A stretch of 59,567 nt of DNA, the filler included, from Dirinaria sp. TL-2023a (lineage: Eukaryota): NCBI GenBank assembly GCA_051941275.1. It is 5 parts of 5 records of this genome, joined end to end, with 100 filler letters (N's around TTAATTAATTAA, not from the genome) between each part and the next. Parts side by side here need not be neighbours in the genome. Positions count along the whole stretch, not along the records: positions 23,896 to 35,738 come from JAVEBF010000813.1; positions 35,839 to 47,656 come from JAVEBF010000814.1; 3 more parts are not named here. One strand, written 5' to 3'. Both the position numbers and the translations under genes were made by a program. Positions 23,896 to 37,776 of this stretch are shown here, in pieces. Each line of letters opens with the position of its first letter. The first letter of the stretch is position 1. The notes beneath the pieces are model-generated. The model searched no databases, was not told where the DNA came from, and saw only the letters and a program-made list of their open reading frames with translations.

Positions 23896-26800
23896 CGACG
23901 CCCGCCCCGACACCGCCCACGGCATTCACCACCCCGACCTCTCCGTTCGGCCCAACAACATCTTCCCACACACTGACCGCGATCCCCGTCCGGGCAACGC
24001 GTTCAAAGGCGCTCTCCCCGAGCTGCGCATCCAGCAGCACTTCGCCCTTGGTGTTGCCGTTGACCATGATCCTCTTCTCTCGGAGATGCGCCGCGGTGCT
24101 CGGCCGGGACCCGTCTGCTGCTGCTGCAGACCCAGGATGCAATCCCGGCGGCGTGGCCTGCATGATCGTCAAGCGCGCCTTGCCCATATCGCGCCATCGG
24201 GAGGCGGTCTCGCGGATGTAGAGGCGGATCTGCGCGTTGCTGAGGCCCATCTTCTCTGCGTTCATCCCGGGTGGCAGAGGCGTGCTGGCGCCGCTGCCAC
24301 TCGCACCGCTCCCGCTAGAGTTGTCCGAGCTCGTGTATACGCTGTTGGCGCGGCTCCCGATCCGAGAACTGATGGTGCTGCGGGAGATATTGAACATCCC
24401 GCCTCCAAAGCCACTGAAGCGTCGAAGAGCTGAAAAAGCGCTGCTCATTGTGCCGATGCTGCTCTCGCTGGCGGCGATACTAGCTGAGCGACCGCTGCTG
24501 GCTCGGTAGCTCGGTGAGCGCCCGATCCCGAACCATGAGCCGCTTCGTGAGCCGCCTTGGACGCTGGCACGGCGATCCATAGAGGACGCGGTGGTCGTGG
24601 GCGGACGAGCGTTCTGCAAGGCGATGTAGGTAGGATTGTTGATACGGGAATGATTGATCAGGGCGTAGAGAGCCTCGCATTCCTCTGGGTTGCGTGAACG
24701 AAACATGAAATGGGTATTCGTGGTGATCTGTGATTTCGGAGTCGGGCGTGACCGGACAGAGATGTCGATAGCGGTCCCACGACGGATTGGCACCAGAGGC
24801 GTAAGCTCCAAGGCTATGAGCGGAGACCGTGATAGCGTCTGTTCTTTCTCGGATAAAATAACTGAGGTATTTTCCGAAAAGGCTTTCACATCCTCGACGG
24901 GCGCAGGTGCTGAAATAGGCTTGTCATTTGAGTGAGCGGCCGACATCTCATAAGCTTCAATGAGGCCTGGAGTGACCACTATGCTACACTCATCTGGATG
25001 AATGCTTTGCCACGAGCCACTGTCAGCCCAGAAGAAAATTGATGCGATCGTCTTGGAAGCTTTTTTGGGCTGAATGGGCACAGCTCGGTAGGGCGATTGT
25101 GATGCAGAATTTGAAGGTGCAAGCGTGCCCGTTGGCGGAGAATAGAGCGAAGCTGGAGGAGTAGGCCCCTTGAAAGGTGGCACAATCCCCAATGGCATCA
25201 GTGGTGTCGCAACATCGCCTTGCTCCAGATCCTCATCGTCGGAAGAGTCAGACACCGAGCTTGGCTCATTGTGCGCTACCGTAGATGCATCTCCGTCCGA
25301 AGATGATTCTGATGCAGTTGACGGTTCGTATTCATGTTTCAAAGGGGACGAAGAGCGCCTGGGGCGTGGGTTTCTAGGACTGAATACTGGTATTTGAGGG
25401 CTCTTGGTCTGGCTGGGACTTGGGGTTGTGTGGGCCGGCGTAGGCGGAGGTATAGGCTCTGCCTGCTTTGAGCCAAGTGTAGAAGGATCCTCCTTGGTCG
25501 AACCCGATGGCGCGCCTGCGGACTCATTCTGAGGAGTCTTAGGCCATTCGGGCTCCTCTTCAGGCTCTTCAATGGGTGTTGTCGGTGGACTTTCTTTCCG
25601 CACTTTTGGAATTGTCGGAAAATCCATTGAAGGTACAGATGATCCTGATCTACTTGGAGATGGACGTGCATTTTTATTCTTATTGTGGCTCAGATTCGAA
25701 TTGCTGTGACATGCATCATAGACGGGCGATAACGATCTGTGGTCAGGAGAAGTTGCCTTTTGATCTAGTTTCGAATCTGTAGTTTGACGGCCAATTGTCG
25801 GGTTGTGATCCAATGGTTCACTGGAAACAGAGGGCTTTGAAACAGGGCTGCTCAAGGAATCATCAGCTTTTCTTGAAGTTCTCTTCGCTTTGGTTCTTCT
25901 AATCCCTGACATAGAACTCGTCCCGCTAAAACCTAAAGCTTCATTTAAACTTCGAGGAGTCCGCATTGATTCTGATGTTCGCGGGCTCCTCTGCTTTGGG
26001 GACGTTCGCGGATCATTGACACTGTGGGAGTTGGTTTCCAAAGCCTTGGTAGGCGTCCTCGGAGGTGATTTAGGTAAAGGTTTCTTGTGTAGCCTCGCGT
26101 TTTCTCCACTTGAGGCGCCAGACCCATGCAGAAAGTTATCCAGCCAAGATCTTGATGTCCCTTGGGCCTGTGTCTCTTGGGCTTGTTCGCCCATTGGAAT
26201 TTCAACCTCTCGCGGGCTGGGAGTCCGGCTTTTGCCAGGGCTGGGAGATGCAGCCGGAGCTTCTAGATTTGCTGCTACGTTCTCACTGGTTTTAGTTTTC
26301 TGATGCTTCCTCAGAAAACTTTGGACTCTCATCATTTTTGGAGGTATTGGAGTCAGCCCGAGCATCTGAACCCATTCAAATCCTGTTTGTTCATCCTCCG
26401 AACGTAAAGCAAGAAGCTCGTGCCATTCTGACCCGGACGTTGAGATTCCCCTAACCATGACCACGATTTCACCTTTCCTATCACCGTTGCGAGCTGAGAC
26501 GTAGCTGAGCTGGATAGGAGGAAATAAGAGCCATCGCCCGCTACCATCGACCTCGCAAATCAGAAGATCACCGCCGCCAGCAGCCTGTGAAGTGGCCTCG
26601 TCGCGGAGAAGCAGCTCAACGCAACAATCAAGAAGTTGTCCGCTCGAATGTTGGAGGGAAAGGTTGAAATGATCACGAGCCCTCACATGCCTTGTCTTGT
26701 CGATGCTGACGCCCGTTAGAGGGGCAAGTGTCCTTGGATTGCGAGCCCTAGTAGGATCTATACTGGCAGCCGCTTCATCTTCCAGTCTGGCTCGCTCCTC

Positions 26801-29344
26801 GTTTGATCGATTGCGAGCGTCTATAACAAGATTCTGGTAGTTTATAGAAAGGGTCCCAGCTTCAGGTGAAGGTTTGACAAAGTGAATACCTTTGAGTGTC
26901 TTGGACAAATACTTGAGGCGAACGAGTGGTCGCTTCAACAAGAAAGCAACATCTACTCTCTCACCATCTCCATTGATGATGTCGCCGTCCTTATTTCTCG
27001 GAAGGCCCTCGTCAAGCTCGTCCGTTTTCTCAGAGCTGCCTGTTGAAGTCTCCGCAGCAGGGGCGAGATTAACCACGACGTCTTGGAATCCCATACGCCA
27101 AGCTTTGATGTATTCTGTGTAGACTCTCTGCGCGCCATGGGCCCACGTCAAGAAAGCACGGACATCCTGTTGAGGTATACGTTTATGCAGTGCCTTGAGT
27201 CGTTCAAGGGCTATTCCCATATCAACGATTGGCTTGGTGAAATTCAGGTCCTCGCTGGATGCTGCAGAAGGCCGAAACAGTCCTGCGGCTATTGCTGAAT
27301 CCGACTTTGATAGCACGCATGTCAGCAGTACTGGGATTACTCCGTCCACTAGTGTACGCAATTCGCGCATGTACTTGGTTTCGTCCGTCGAAAGCTCATG
27401 CATGAGGTCCTCGACTGTAGCGGTAGCAAGTCTGCTTCGATTCGTACGTATGCTCCGCGCGGATACGATGCTTTTATTACCGGCTTTGGGTAAGGACAAA
27501 ACAGACATTAAATCAGCATGTTTAGCGAGTCGGCTCCGGGTCTGTTCCAGCGAGTGTGGATCGAAACGATCCTTGGCTTCGGTCTCAACTTCATCCTCTT
27601 CGATAGCTGGAGCTAGAGCGGTAGCTTCGGATGCCTCTGATACCGAAGGAGCTGCAGCCTGAGCTTTTGAGTTGAAGGTCTCTACCGATGCGATTGTAGA
27701 AAGGCGATGTTGCCCAGTAGAGGGGAAAGGGCGTTTGGAGGTGATCCCAGGTGGTCGTAAAGGCGAGATCACAGGTAATTCTTCGACAGGGGATGGGCTC
27801 GTGGCGGAGGATATCGCCGAGCGAGCACCATCCGGATCAGGGACTTCCCCCAATACGCCTGACTTTCGCCGCTGGCACGTGGGCGATGCTGGAGATCTTT
27901 TCGCTCCTCGTCTTCTGATTGGAGAAGGGAAGGGAGCTAAATCCGGAGCATCGTGTGTGATGTCTACTAATTTCAAGGCTGCTTCAGATCCAGTCGCAGA
28001 GCCGTTGATCTGAGGTTCAGCATCGAAGTTATCAGGAAAAGGATTGTCTTCTTGGATTGCTGAACTGCGAATCCTTCTCTTTCTTCGACTGCCCGTGACG
28101 TGGCGCCGTGTGCCATCCTTCGAATCCAAAGCCTCCCAGATTTTATTTGGATCTTCAATAGGAACCCGTTCAGATTCACATCCAGGCTCAGTCTCAAGCT
28201 TAGGATCGCCATTTGGCAATGTCTCCACGTCAGAATCTGGTTTCTCTTCTTCGAGGGTTGGTCGCAACGGAGGGATGGTCTCAATTGGCAGCTGTTCCCC
28301 ATCGACGAAAGGATCAGGGGTTTCACTCAGCCAAGCTTCGATGCTAGGTACCCTTGGAGTAGCGATGTCTGGTGGCTGATGCTTCGAGAAAATCTTCTTC
28401 GGTCCTCCGAGTACATGGCTTAGAATTTTATCTTTGTGAGCCTTGGTACTTGTCCTTTGGTCCGCGAACCCTCCGGATTCAGATTTTCGTGACTCATCTT
28501 CTGGCGAACTTATTCGCTTGTGACTTTTTATTCTCGTAGGCGGATCCTCTGTTAGAAATGGACCTTCCCGTCGCGATCTCTCTCCCTGTTGCTTTCCAGA
28601 AGACTCTTGTTGTGGGGACGCACTTCTCGATCTCGCACTCTTTATGTCGCCACAATCACTGCTGCGACCACCAGCGCTTTGTCTTTTCCATCGCTCGGGA
28701 TCCTTTCGTAAGCTGGGAGTCGTAGTGGATATTTCGACGCCATTATCTTTCCGTGCATGGTAGTACTCTTTCGTTGGCGACTTTCTCTCAGCTCGTTTGT
28801 CGCGGATAGCACTTTTTCTAGGCTCTGATACAGGCGTGACTCTGATGCCATCATCTGGAGTCTCTTTTCCGGGGGTTACGCCTCTTCTGGCCTCCTGGCT
28901 TCGTGGGCTTCCTGTCGGACTCCTGTTCGCTCTCCAGTGAGCATCGCTCACTACTCGCTTTGCTGGAGTACTGCGACTTCGACTTCGCTTGTTTTCCTTC
29001 TGTGCGCTTGGAGATACCTTTTGGCCCCCTCTTTTGCAAGGTTCCGTTGTTCCATCAAGATGCTTGTCGGCGCTTCTAGCTCCTGACGCCTTGCGCGCAG
29101 CGCTCGATTTCTGGGGTTGACGATTCTCCAAGCTCTTCTCCTCCTTTTCCTCATCGGTCTTATAACTATCAGGAGTTGTGATTACTCCTCCACCTTGCGC
29201 CTGCCATTGGCGAACCCGATCACGAACCGACGCAGTATCATAAACCCCCAATGGTTTACCAATATCCACGGGCTTGGACTTTGTGGGGGTCGTCAATGTA
29301 CCACGGCTAGTTAGGCTCCTTCTAGACGTAGCTGGGGAGGGCAT
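23896..29344 (-). CDS. Large (>1800 aa) fungal protein with a Dbl-homology-like helical domain and probable PH-like domains; C-terminus truncated
   Basis: Single uninterrupted ORF; ELSTDETKYMRELRTLVDGVIPVLL...FLLKRPLVRLKYL resembles DH conserved regions; beta-rich blocks are separated by Ser/Pro-rich disorder. Confidence 0.75.
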
Positions 29345-31327
29345 TGGTGACAATTCAACGTCCGCTTTTCCTCATATTAAGGGAGTGTCACGCTCCATAC
29401 GGGGAACCCGGAGATCGTGCTGTTGAGCGTTTGTTTACCGGCTTATCGCGGATTGGGCCTACGGTTCCTAATACCCTCTGCTGTTGGCAATTCCCAAAGA
29501 AACGGATCGTCAAACGGCCAAGTCGGTACAGATCGGCTTCTTCTCTCACAATTAGATCACTGATGTTGGGTGCTCGAAGTGAGAAGGTTCTGAAAGTTCC
29601 ATGGGCCCATAGCAACGACGCTAACTTGATCGGTCCGCGTAAGCTCCTCGTGTTTATCTGCCGGACAACTCCACCTTTATTATTTATTTCAAACCTTTTG
29701 TGTTAGGAAAGAAGGACCATGCTATACAAGTGCGCGCGAATTCTATTCCAGAGCATTGTTTGCTGCCATAACGTCTCTCGCTCAGATCTCGCATGTTTAC
29801 ATTAATGTTGTGTGTCGGGTGCAACTACCCGGTTGGCTCCGCAAACAGGTTTTCGATGTTGGACTTGGCGAAAACCTGCGGAAGCAAGACGAAGTCCTAG
29901 CCTGGAGAATGTGAAGAGCGATTGGAACGATCTTCACCGAGATGCCTATGGAGCACTGACTGGCGACATTGCTGCTCCCGCTACATTCAGCCCTAAAGCA
30001 CCGCTAAGTCGAGGTCCCGGATAAGTCCATAATCAAATTTCTCACATTAATTTCCTTCTCGTACTCTCTGTGAACTTCAATGCCACACTTCAATTTAGTT
30101 TTCTATCAGCGTTAAGAATGAATCTAGCAATGACGCCTATCATGCCTTCCCAGAAGGATACAGCTGTCAGCGAGAGAAACTCGAAGAACAATGTCGAATG
30201 GGCGCATCAGAATATACAGATCAAGCGTTAGACGCGTTCAATGTCATCGTCCTGGAGGAACCCTGTCTTCAGGATGAATCTTTACAAGTTGAGCGGCAGT
30301 ACCTGAAGACACAATCCATTACAGACCTTGGCCCCAACGGAAGGATCCAAGTATGTAGGATTAAGTATAGAACGTTCGAACCAGTGAAGCCCTTTGCCGA
30401 ATACTTTCTAACTCTCGGCTTCCAAATTGGCTAATTAATCGACATCGGAAGACTCATCTATGAAGCTAAACACTGTTTACGCAAAGGCTCACGATATGCC
30501 CAGAGTTCTGTATGCTAAAGGCATTCAAATATGGGGCGCGCCTGGTCGCATCGGCGCAACTAGGTAACTTCTCCTTCGGTATGACGCTTTAATGGCAATT
30601 AAATAGGTTGGGCAAGCTAGGTACTGAGATAGAGTAGGTCGAACATAATTCATGGAAAGTCACTTTTTAGGTGCTGGAAACGTGACCAGAGCCTTCCTAA
30701 TTGACCTAAATTCCATCGCCGCGAAATCAGTGACCGACTTCTACCACCAGGCCCTGTCTGCTGTGACACATGGCATCGCTTGTTCAAACTCGGGCGGTAA
30801 AGTCGTTAGAGCTGGCGTAATGAGCGGGTCCGCAGATAAAGAAGTACGGAAGCCGGAAAGCTTCTCGAGCGTTAGGGTAGTGGCTTGGTAGAGCCAAAGC
30901 CGAAAGGCTGAATAAGTCGTACAGGGAGTGGCATTCAATTACCCACGCCTTACTTTCACGCCTGATTGAAGCTATTGCCGTAGGTATCACTGGACATGTT
31001 CTCGCATAAACTTTGCCAGGGACTTGATAGTTATGTCCGAATTAGCAGTCATCAAGTGGATTGACACATAAGTTGCTGGTTTAGCAAGCCAAGGTAGCGG
31101 CGCTGAATCCGCGCTGGCGGCTCTTTCACTGCTTGTCTACCAAAAGTTGAAGAGACCTGAGATCCTCTTTTGCTATCTATTATTATTGCCTCATCACTCT
31201 TTAGCGCTAATGGACCCACCAACTCCAGGCTTGAAAGCTGGTAACATAAGATGCCTAATGGCTCATCGACCCAATGCAACGATGGAGCTAGTGGCCGCTG
31301 GGAAAGAACTTGAATGTGCTCTGATCT

Positions 31328-32297
31328 TTACTCTATTTTTTTATGATTACCATCGGCTTGCTGATCTTTAGACTGCTTCTCTAAGGCGGCAAAAGCCCTT
31401 GCAGAAGCTCTGACGCTTTTAACGAGTAGGACTATCCAATTTTTATTAGCTTTTATCATGCAGAAAGTACATGCAATAGGAAGATGAAAACGGTGCGCCA
31501 CTCACTGCCCGGTATTATAATCCATATGAAGTTCATGAAGAAGTAGTAGACCCAGAAGTAGTAAGCTTCAGGCCTGAAGTAGGTCAAACCATTGACATAA
31601 TGGTCGAACATGCTGGTGGCATAGTATAGAACATCGCCATACATCTGACCGAGAGATACCAACGCTTGGAGGGGGTATCGAAGGGGGTGTTGGGTTGTGA
31701 TCATCAGGGCTACGCAGTAGGCCAGCGGACCCCAGAATATCTACGGGACCAAGTCAACACCCAATTTTGTACAGTACCAACACCCACATACCGCAGTAGA
31801 AGTCTCCATGCATATGACAAACGGATCGCGGGTCATGTATCTTGAGTCAGAAAGGGCGTATTCCTTCCACAACTGCCCAAAGATATCTCCCATGCCTGCC
31901 ATACTAGCATGATTGTATGCGAAATAACCTAGGCACCTCAGCATGAGGACCAACGAGCGAAGGGTATTGTGTTGGTGGTACCTTCGAAGAAAAAGTGTAT
32001 TGACCCAGCTGCGTTCAATCAGCACCTGCTGGGAGCTCAGACGTATTAAGGCCACCTACTTAGGACGAACCATAGTATGGTTGCCTGCTGGCCCACAGAC
32101 AGATTTGGATTGTGGCTGCGCACCAAAGCCAATGTCAAGCCCAGTATAACGACACATCCCGCGGCGAAGGTGCCGAGTAATTGAGGAACTGAGTATTCGT
32201 TGGCAAGGTATCCAACGATGTTTGCCTCCAGTGGATAGAAGGGGTGTGGTGTGGTTTGCGTGACATTGGAGACGAAGTGCTCCATCTTCGTGTCCAT
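31328..32297 (-). CDS. EBP: Emopamil-binding-protein family sterol delta8-delta7 isomerase-like, multi-exon
   Basis: HPFYP...; WFVL/TGSIHFFFEG/YFAYNH; GQLWKEYALSDSRY; CME; SLGQMYGDVLYYAT; YFWVYYFFMNFIWIIIP. Confidence 0.92.
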
Positions 32298-33659
32298 GCA
32301 ATTCCTCAAAGCTCCAGATGGCCAATTTGTAGACTGTTGGCGATGATGGTGGAGTAGAAACAAAATAATGAAGGAGAAAGACCAAATTTTCAAGTTCGAA
32401 GTCGCAACGGAGCCAAGTCTACATGCAGTAAACTTTGGCGGGCGTTTGGCTCGTTCAGCGGCTTGGCAGGAGCTTCTCCCGGGGAAGGGGGAAGGCGCCG
32501 CCCGAGGCTCTCACTGCCTCGCATTATTGAGTACACTGAGTCTGTGGTATGTCATGAACTGCTCGGCTTGTCTTCGATCAACTGATTTTTGTTTTTCGTT
32601 TGGACAGAGCGCTCGAGGACCTTTATCTCTCTCGACGGGCTCTGAGGATCTGTTATGTTTGGGATTTTTGGAAGACGGTATGCGCTTTGGATGGGCTATG
32701 GATGGGCTAGGGAAGAAGGGCAAATACCTATACTCGATAAGATCCGCGCCCGTGTACTCGGTGCTGTTCAGATTGCCTAAGAGATCCAGAATTCCATAGT
32801 GTTTGTTGATGGCGCATTAGAGCTTCCAGGAGTAGGGCACAGCTTTCTTCCGCTTCAAGAAAATACCTGATTTCTCCGAACACATCCCGCGGCAAGTGAT
32901 TTGGTGTCCTACGCGTGTGGCTGCCCCACCAAGGACGTCTCTCGGAGTATTTTGTTTTGCTGATTGCTGATAGCATATTGTCAAATCAATCTTGAAAAGA
33001 GTAATAGAAAAGAGCACTGGCAGTCACCCCAAGCCATTCTTCGAATCGTGGACATCTATGTACATTGATGACCGATAAGGCGGCGGGAGCGCACTTTTAA
33101 GAACGCGCTCTCCTCCGATGATTGGACCTTCTCGATGGAACGGACATTGAACGATTCATGTTTACGATTGAGGCATCCACTCCTGAATTCAATCCCTATC
33201 GGCAGTAGTGCTAGTATGTACCTTAGAGTAGGGTACTTGAGTAGTGAAATGCCCTGCTGCCAGCACACACAGATTATTCCAGGATTGGTTGGCCCAAGAG
33301 TGAAGAGAGCGGACCGAGGGGACCGTCTGCGGTCCAAGCTTTCTCAGCCAAGGCGGTGGACCCTTTAACTTTTGACCCCTGCCAAGGAGCCAAGTCATCG
33401 ATCCCGTCAAACTGGGAACGACCAAGCTTTCCTCGCTTGCCACACCCTTGCATGTCTTCTGCGTCATGTTCCGAGATGCATTAAAGAACGTGGGGTGAGC
33501 GAGCTTTTATCATTCGACAAAAGCATCTTCTCCATCACATTATCATTACTTTTTTCCACCTTTATCAGAGCCATCTTCCTCTTTCCTCTTTCAATCAAAA
33601 ACACATCAATCCATCCAGTATTTGCTTGACATATCATTCAATCATCGAATTCACGAAAA

Positions 33660-35518
33660 ATGGTTCACCTCACCACTGTCCAGAGCGACAAAGCTCTCGA
33701 ACAGCCCATCGTCGAGGGCATCGAAAACATAACCTTCGATCAAGCTGAAGACGACCAAACCGTCTCCGTCTATGGCTCTCGCTTCGCAGCTCAAGAGATT
33801 CCCGCGCACGAGATGCCGGACCAGGAAATGCCCAAAGAAATCGCCTATCGCATGATCCGCGACGATCTGAGCCTCGACGGCAATCCGATGCTGAACTTGG
33901 CAAGCTTCGTCACCACATACATGGTGAGCCTCACGTTGCCTTGCTTTTTGGAAAGCATTCCCGACACGTTCATATTGCTGACAGCGACGCAGGAAGAAGA
34001 GGTCGAGAAGTTGATGGCCGAAGCACTACCTAAGAACTTCATCGACTACGAAGAGTATCCTCAAACCGCCGAGATCCAGAACCGATGCGTCTCCATGATT
34101 GCCCGCCTGTTCAACGCGCCCACACAGAATCCGAATGATAATGCTATGGGCACCTCGACAGTCGGAAGCTCTGAAGCCATCATGCTTGGTACGTTCCCAG
34201 ATGCACCTTTTGTGAAATAGCCAACCCTGACCTCTGCATCAGGAACATTGGCGATGAAGAAACGCTGGCAAAACAAGCGTAAAGCCGAAGGCAAAGACTA
34301 CTCGAAGCCGAACATCGTCATGAACTCCGCCGTCCAAGTGTGCTGGGAGAAGGCGGCGCGCTACTTCGAGGTCGAAGAGCGCTACGTCTTCTGCACCGAG
34401 GACCGCTACGTGATCGATCCCGAAGAATGCGTCAAGCTGGTCGACGAAAACACCATCGGCATCTGCGCCATCATCGGCACGACCTACACCGGCGAGTACG
34501 AAGACGTCAAGGCCATCAACGACCTTCTCGTCAAAGACAACATCGACTGCCCTATCCACGTCGACGCCGCCAGCGGAGGCTTCGTTGCTCCGTTCGTGGT
34601 GCCGGAGCTCGAATGGGATTTCCGCCTCGAGAAAGTCATCTCCATCAACGTCTCGGGCCACAAATACGGCTTGGTCTACCCCGGCGTGGGCTGGGTCGTC
34701 TGGCGCTCCCCGGAGTACCTGCCCAAAGAACTCGTCTTCAACATCAACTACCTCGGCGCGGACCAAGCGTCCTTCACTCTGAATTTCTCCAAAGGCGCTT
34801 CGCACGTCATCGGACAGTACTATCAAATGATCCGCCTGGGCAAGCGCGGCTACCGCTCCATCATGCTCAATCTGACGCGCACGGCCGACTACCTCGCAGC
34901 GTGCCTGGAACAGCTCGGGTTCATCCTCATGTCCAAGACGGGAGGCAAGGGGCTGCCACTCGTTGCGTTCCGGCTGGATCCCGCGAAAGGGCATCATTAC
35001 GACGAATTCGCGATCGCGCACAATCTGCGCGAGAGAGGGTGGGTGGTGCCCGCGTACACGATGGCGCCGCACAGCGAGAAACTCAAGCTCATGAGAGTCG
35101 TGGTGCGGGAAGACTTCTCGCGGAGCCGGTGCGACGCGCTCATCAAGGACTTCAAATTGGCGTGTGAGACCCTGAATGCCATGGACAAGCCGACGATCGA
35201 GAAGCACAAAGAGTACGTAGTTTTTAACTTTCCCCCCGAGATTCGACTCCCCCCCACTGGGATTAAGGGAAACTATTTTACTAAAAAAAAAAAAATTTCA
35301 AATTAGGCACGTCCAGAAACACACCTCGCACGGCAAGAAGAAGCCGAACCACAAGCGCTACCAGAACGAGAAACACTCGCTGCAAGGCAAGACGGGCAAA
35401 GTACGTCGTCCTTCCTCTTCCTCCACAAAACAAACTCCCCCACTCATTACTCACCATCCACACATCTATCGCTAATCAACTATTTTGTTTTTTTTTTTAG
35501 ACACATGCTGTGTGCTAG
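33660..35518 (+). CDS. GAD1: Glutamate decarboxylase (PLP-dependent), 5 exons
   Basis: [52 protein letters not shown] (PLP lysine); ends THAVC. Confidence 0.97.
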
Positions 35519-35738
35519 ACCCACGCACATCACGATATGTTCCGTTGGGAGGTACGAGTACCTACCTTACAGCCATGTCATCATCCTGTACTGTAAAGTC
35601 AGGCTCATGTAATTGTAGCATGTTAAAATAAAACCAATGAAAATGGCTGAGACAAAAACCCTTAGCTTAGCTAGTTACGTGTAGAAAAGCTCACACCAGC
35701 GAGAAACCACAAAACAGAAATCTCTAGTATCCCTTCCC

Positions 35739-35838
35739 NNNNNNNNNNNNNNNNNNNNNNNNNNNNNNNNNNNNNNNNNNNNTTAATTAATTAANNNNNN
35801 NNNNNNNNNNNNNNNNNNNNNNNNNNNNNNNNNNNNNN
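35739..35838. other. Artificial contig-joining linker
   Basis: N44-TTAATTAATTAA-N44. Confidence 0.99.
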
Positions 35839-36039
35839 CTGTTTGTTTCACTTTGTATATATATATGTTTCTCTCTCTCTCGTCTCTACGTTATTTGGTT
35901 AGTTGAACATTTTGAAGAGGGGCAGCTTTTGTTTTTCTGTTGTATATAATCAGTCACTCCTTCCATCACTGGAATCTCAGTTACCCGGGAGGCTTTTTTT
36001 TTTCTATCTCAACCATGGGCTGTGCTGAACCCTTCGCAA

Positions 36040-36365
36040 CACACTTCTGCGGTCCAGTGGCGAAAAAATGTCTTCAGTGGCTTTTGACAGGTTTCTGTGG
36101 TGGCGTGAGCAACATGCAGAAATTTTTTTTGGGTTGGGAGGGTGGTCGCCGAACACGCCTCTACGGGAATTTGTTGAGCACAACATCTCTTCCTTCACCA
36201 TGACACAACTTCTGCGTCTCGGTGGTGCGAATATGCCTTCACCGGCTTTTGACACATTTCTGTGGTAGTCTGTTGAGCAACATACCTGTGTTCTTTTGCG
36301 GCCCCGGGCGTAACGCATGTTCTCCTAGAATTTTGTTGAGCACAACATTTCCTTTCACCATGACA
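36040..36365. repeat. Degenerate ~160-165-bp tandem duplication
   Basis: GGCTTTTGACA..TTTCTGTGGT at 36079 and 36244; TTGTTGAGCACAACAT at 36171 and 36333; TTCACCATGACA twice. Confidence 0.75.
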
Positions 36366-36564
36366 GACGCCGGTATTTCGAACACCAACCCCCCCCCCTT
36401 CTTTCATATATATACATATCTCCCTCTCTCTCACTCACTCTCTTTACTCAAGACTTTCCACGCTCCTTATATTTCACCAACCTTCAGAACGCAAATTCTA
36501 GCAAATCCACGAGCCTGCAGCTTAGCTCTATCCTACCGTTCTAAATCAGTTCTGAATTCCAACA

Positions 36565-37776
36565 ATGGATTCTCATCAAATGGCATCGAAGCAAGCAATG
36601 AAAGAATCAATAGACAGTTTAATAGACCATCTGCCTCGCCGAGATCCTGATCCGTGTGGCGATGTGGTCCTAACGATAGGTCCAGAGGAGGATCAGAGAT
36701 GCATCAAGGTTTCATCGACTGTCCTAAGCCTGGCATCACCTGTGTTCAAGGTCATAATCTCCCCGCCATTCCTGGAAGGACAGGCATATTCGTCAGAAAA
36801 CCCCCGGAAAATCGACTTGCCCGAGGACGATGCCAACGCTATGACTTGGCTCTGTCACGGTCTCCACTGCGTCAACCTCTCAACAGACGACAATGTCCCC
36901 ATCGAACTTTTGGAGCAATTGGCTCTATTGGTCGATAAATACGACTGCGCAAGTTCGATAGCTGCTTGGACTCAGATATGGCTGAGGCAGTGGGGCGAAC
37001 TCGTGTACGTAGATGCCGAACGCTACTGGGATTTGATGAGCATTGCACTTGCATTCGACGACCACAGCGCTTTCCACCAGTTTTCAAGGCTTGTAATATA
37101 CCGCTCCAGATACACTGGGTTCGGTTATCGAGAAACTCCTGACTATCCCTGGCAATCAGCGCTCGCTGGCACAATTGTTGGTGATATCCCTGATTTTCTT
37201 GAAGGTACGTTACACGTCTGATGCTGCTCGCCCAATGCTCACTACTTTACAGCAGATATTTGCGCACGGCGAGAAGCTGTGCATAATTCCATCTGTGATA
37301 GTCTTGAGGAAATCGTTGCCCCTGCACTTGCGATAGACCCGAGAACCTGCTTGGATGCCGCAGGAGCTTCTATCCCTACCAACGGGTGCCGCCGCTCTGC
37401 AAAAATCATGCACTTCTTCCAATACCTGACCTCAGAGAATATCTGGCCTCGAGGCACATCATGGTCATTTCATCTCGAGGAAAAGTCTATCGAAGACATG
37501 TATGATAGGCTTGAGGAATTCCAGAATTGGCGTTTCCATGGAGAGCAACGGCCGAAGAAGCACAGGTTCTACGACAAGTCCAAGTGCCGTTGTGTTGTTG
37601 AAGACTATCGAAGGAAAATCGGAGAGATCGTGTTCCATGAGCGACAAAGGGAGAACGGCCTGTGCTTAGCGTGCGTGAAGCTTCGCAGAGCTAAGCGTCC
37701 AACCTACGGTGTCGATGACAACTGCCGGGAGGCGACATTAAAAGGGCACAAAATGAGATTGAATATCCGGTCGTAA
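36565..37776 (+). CDS. BTB/POZ-domain protein, 2 exons
   Basis: DPCGDVVLTIG...VSSTVLSLASPVFK...LPEDD...LVDKYDC; intron at about 37205-37252 rejoins the frame; C-terminal GLCLACVK. Confidence 0.88.

Noticed and set aside
29812..31279. Short ORFs between the DH-like gene and EBP
   Set aside because: No coherent reading frame or motif on either strand.
34239..35207. 322-aa antisense ORF and 275-aa alternative-frame ORF over GAD
   Set aside because: Shadow ORFs caused by extreme GC3 bias.
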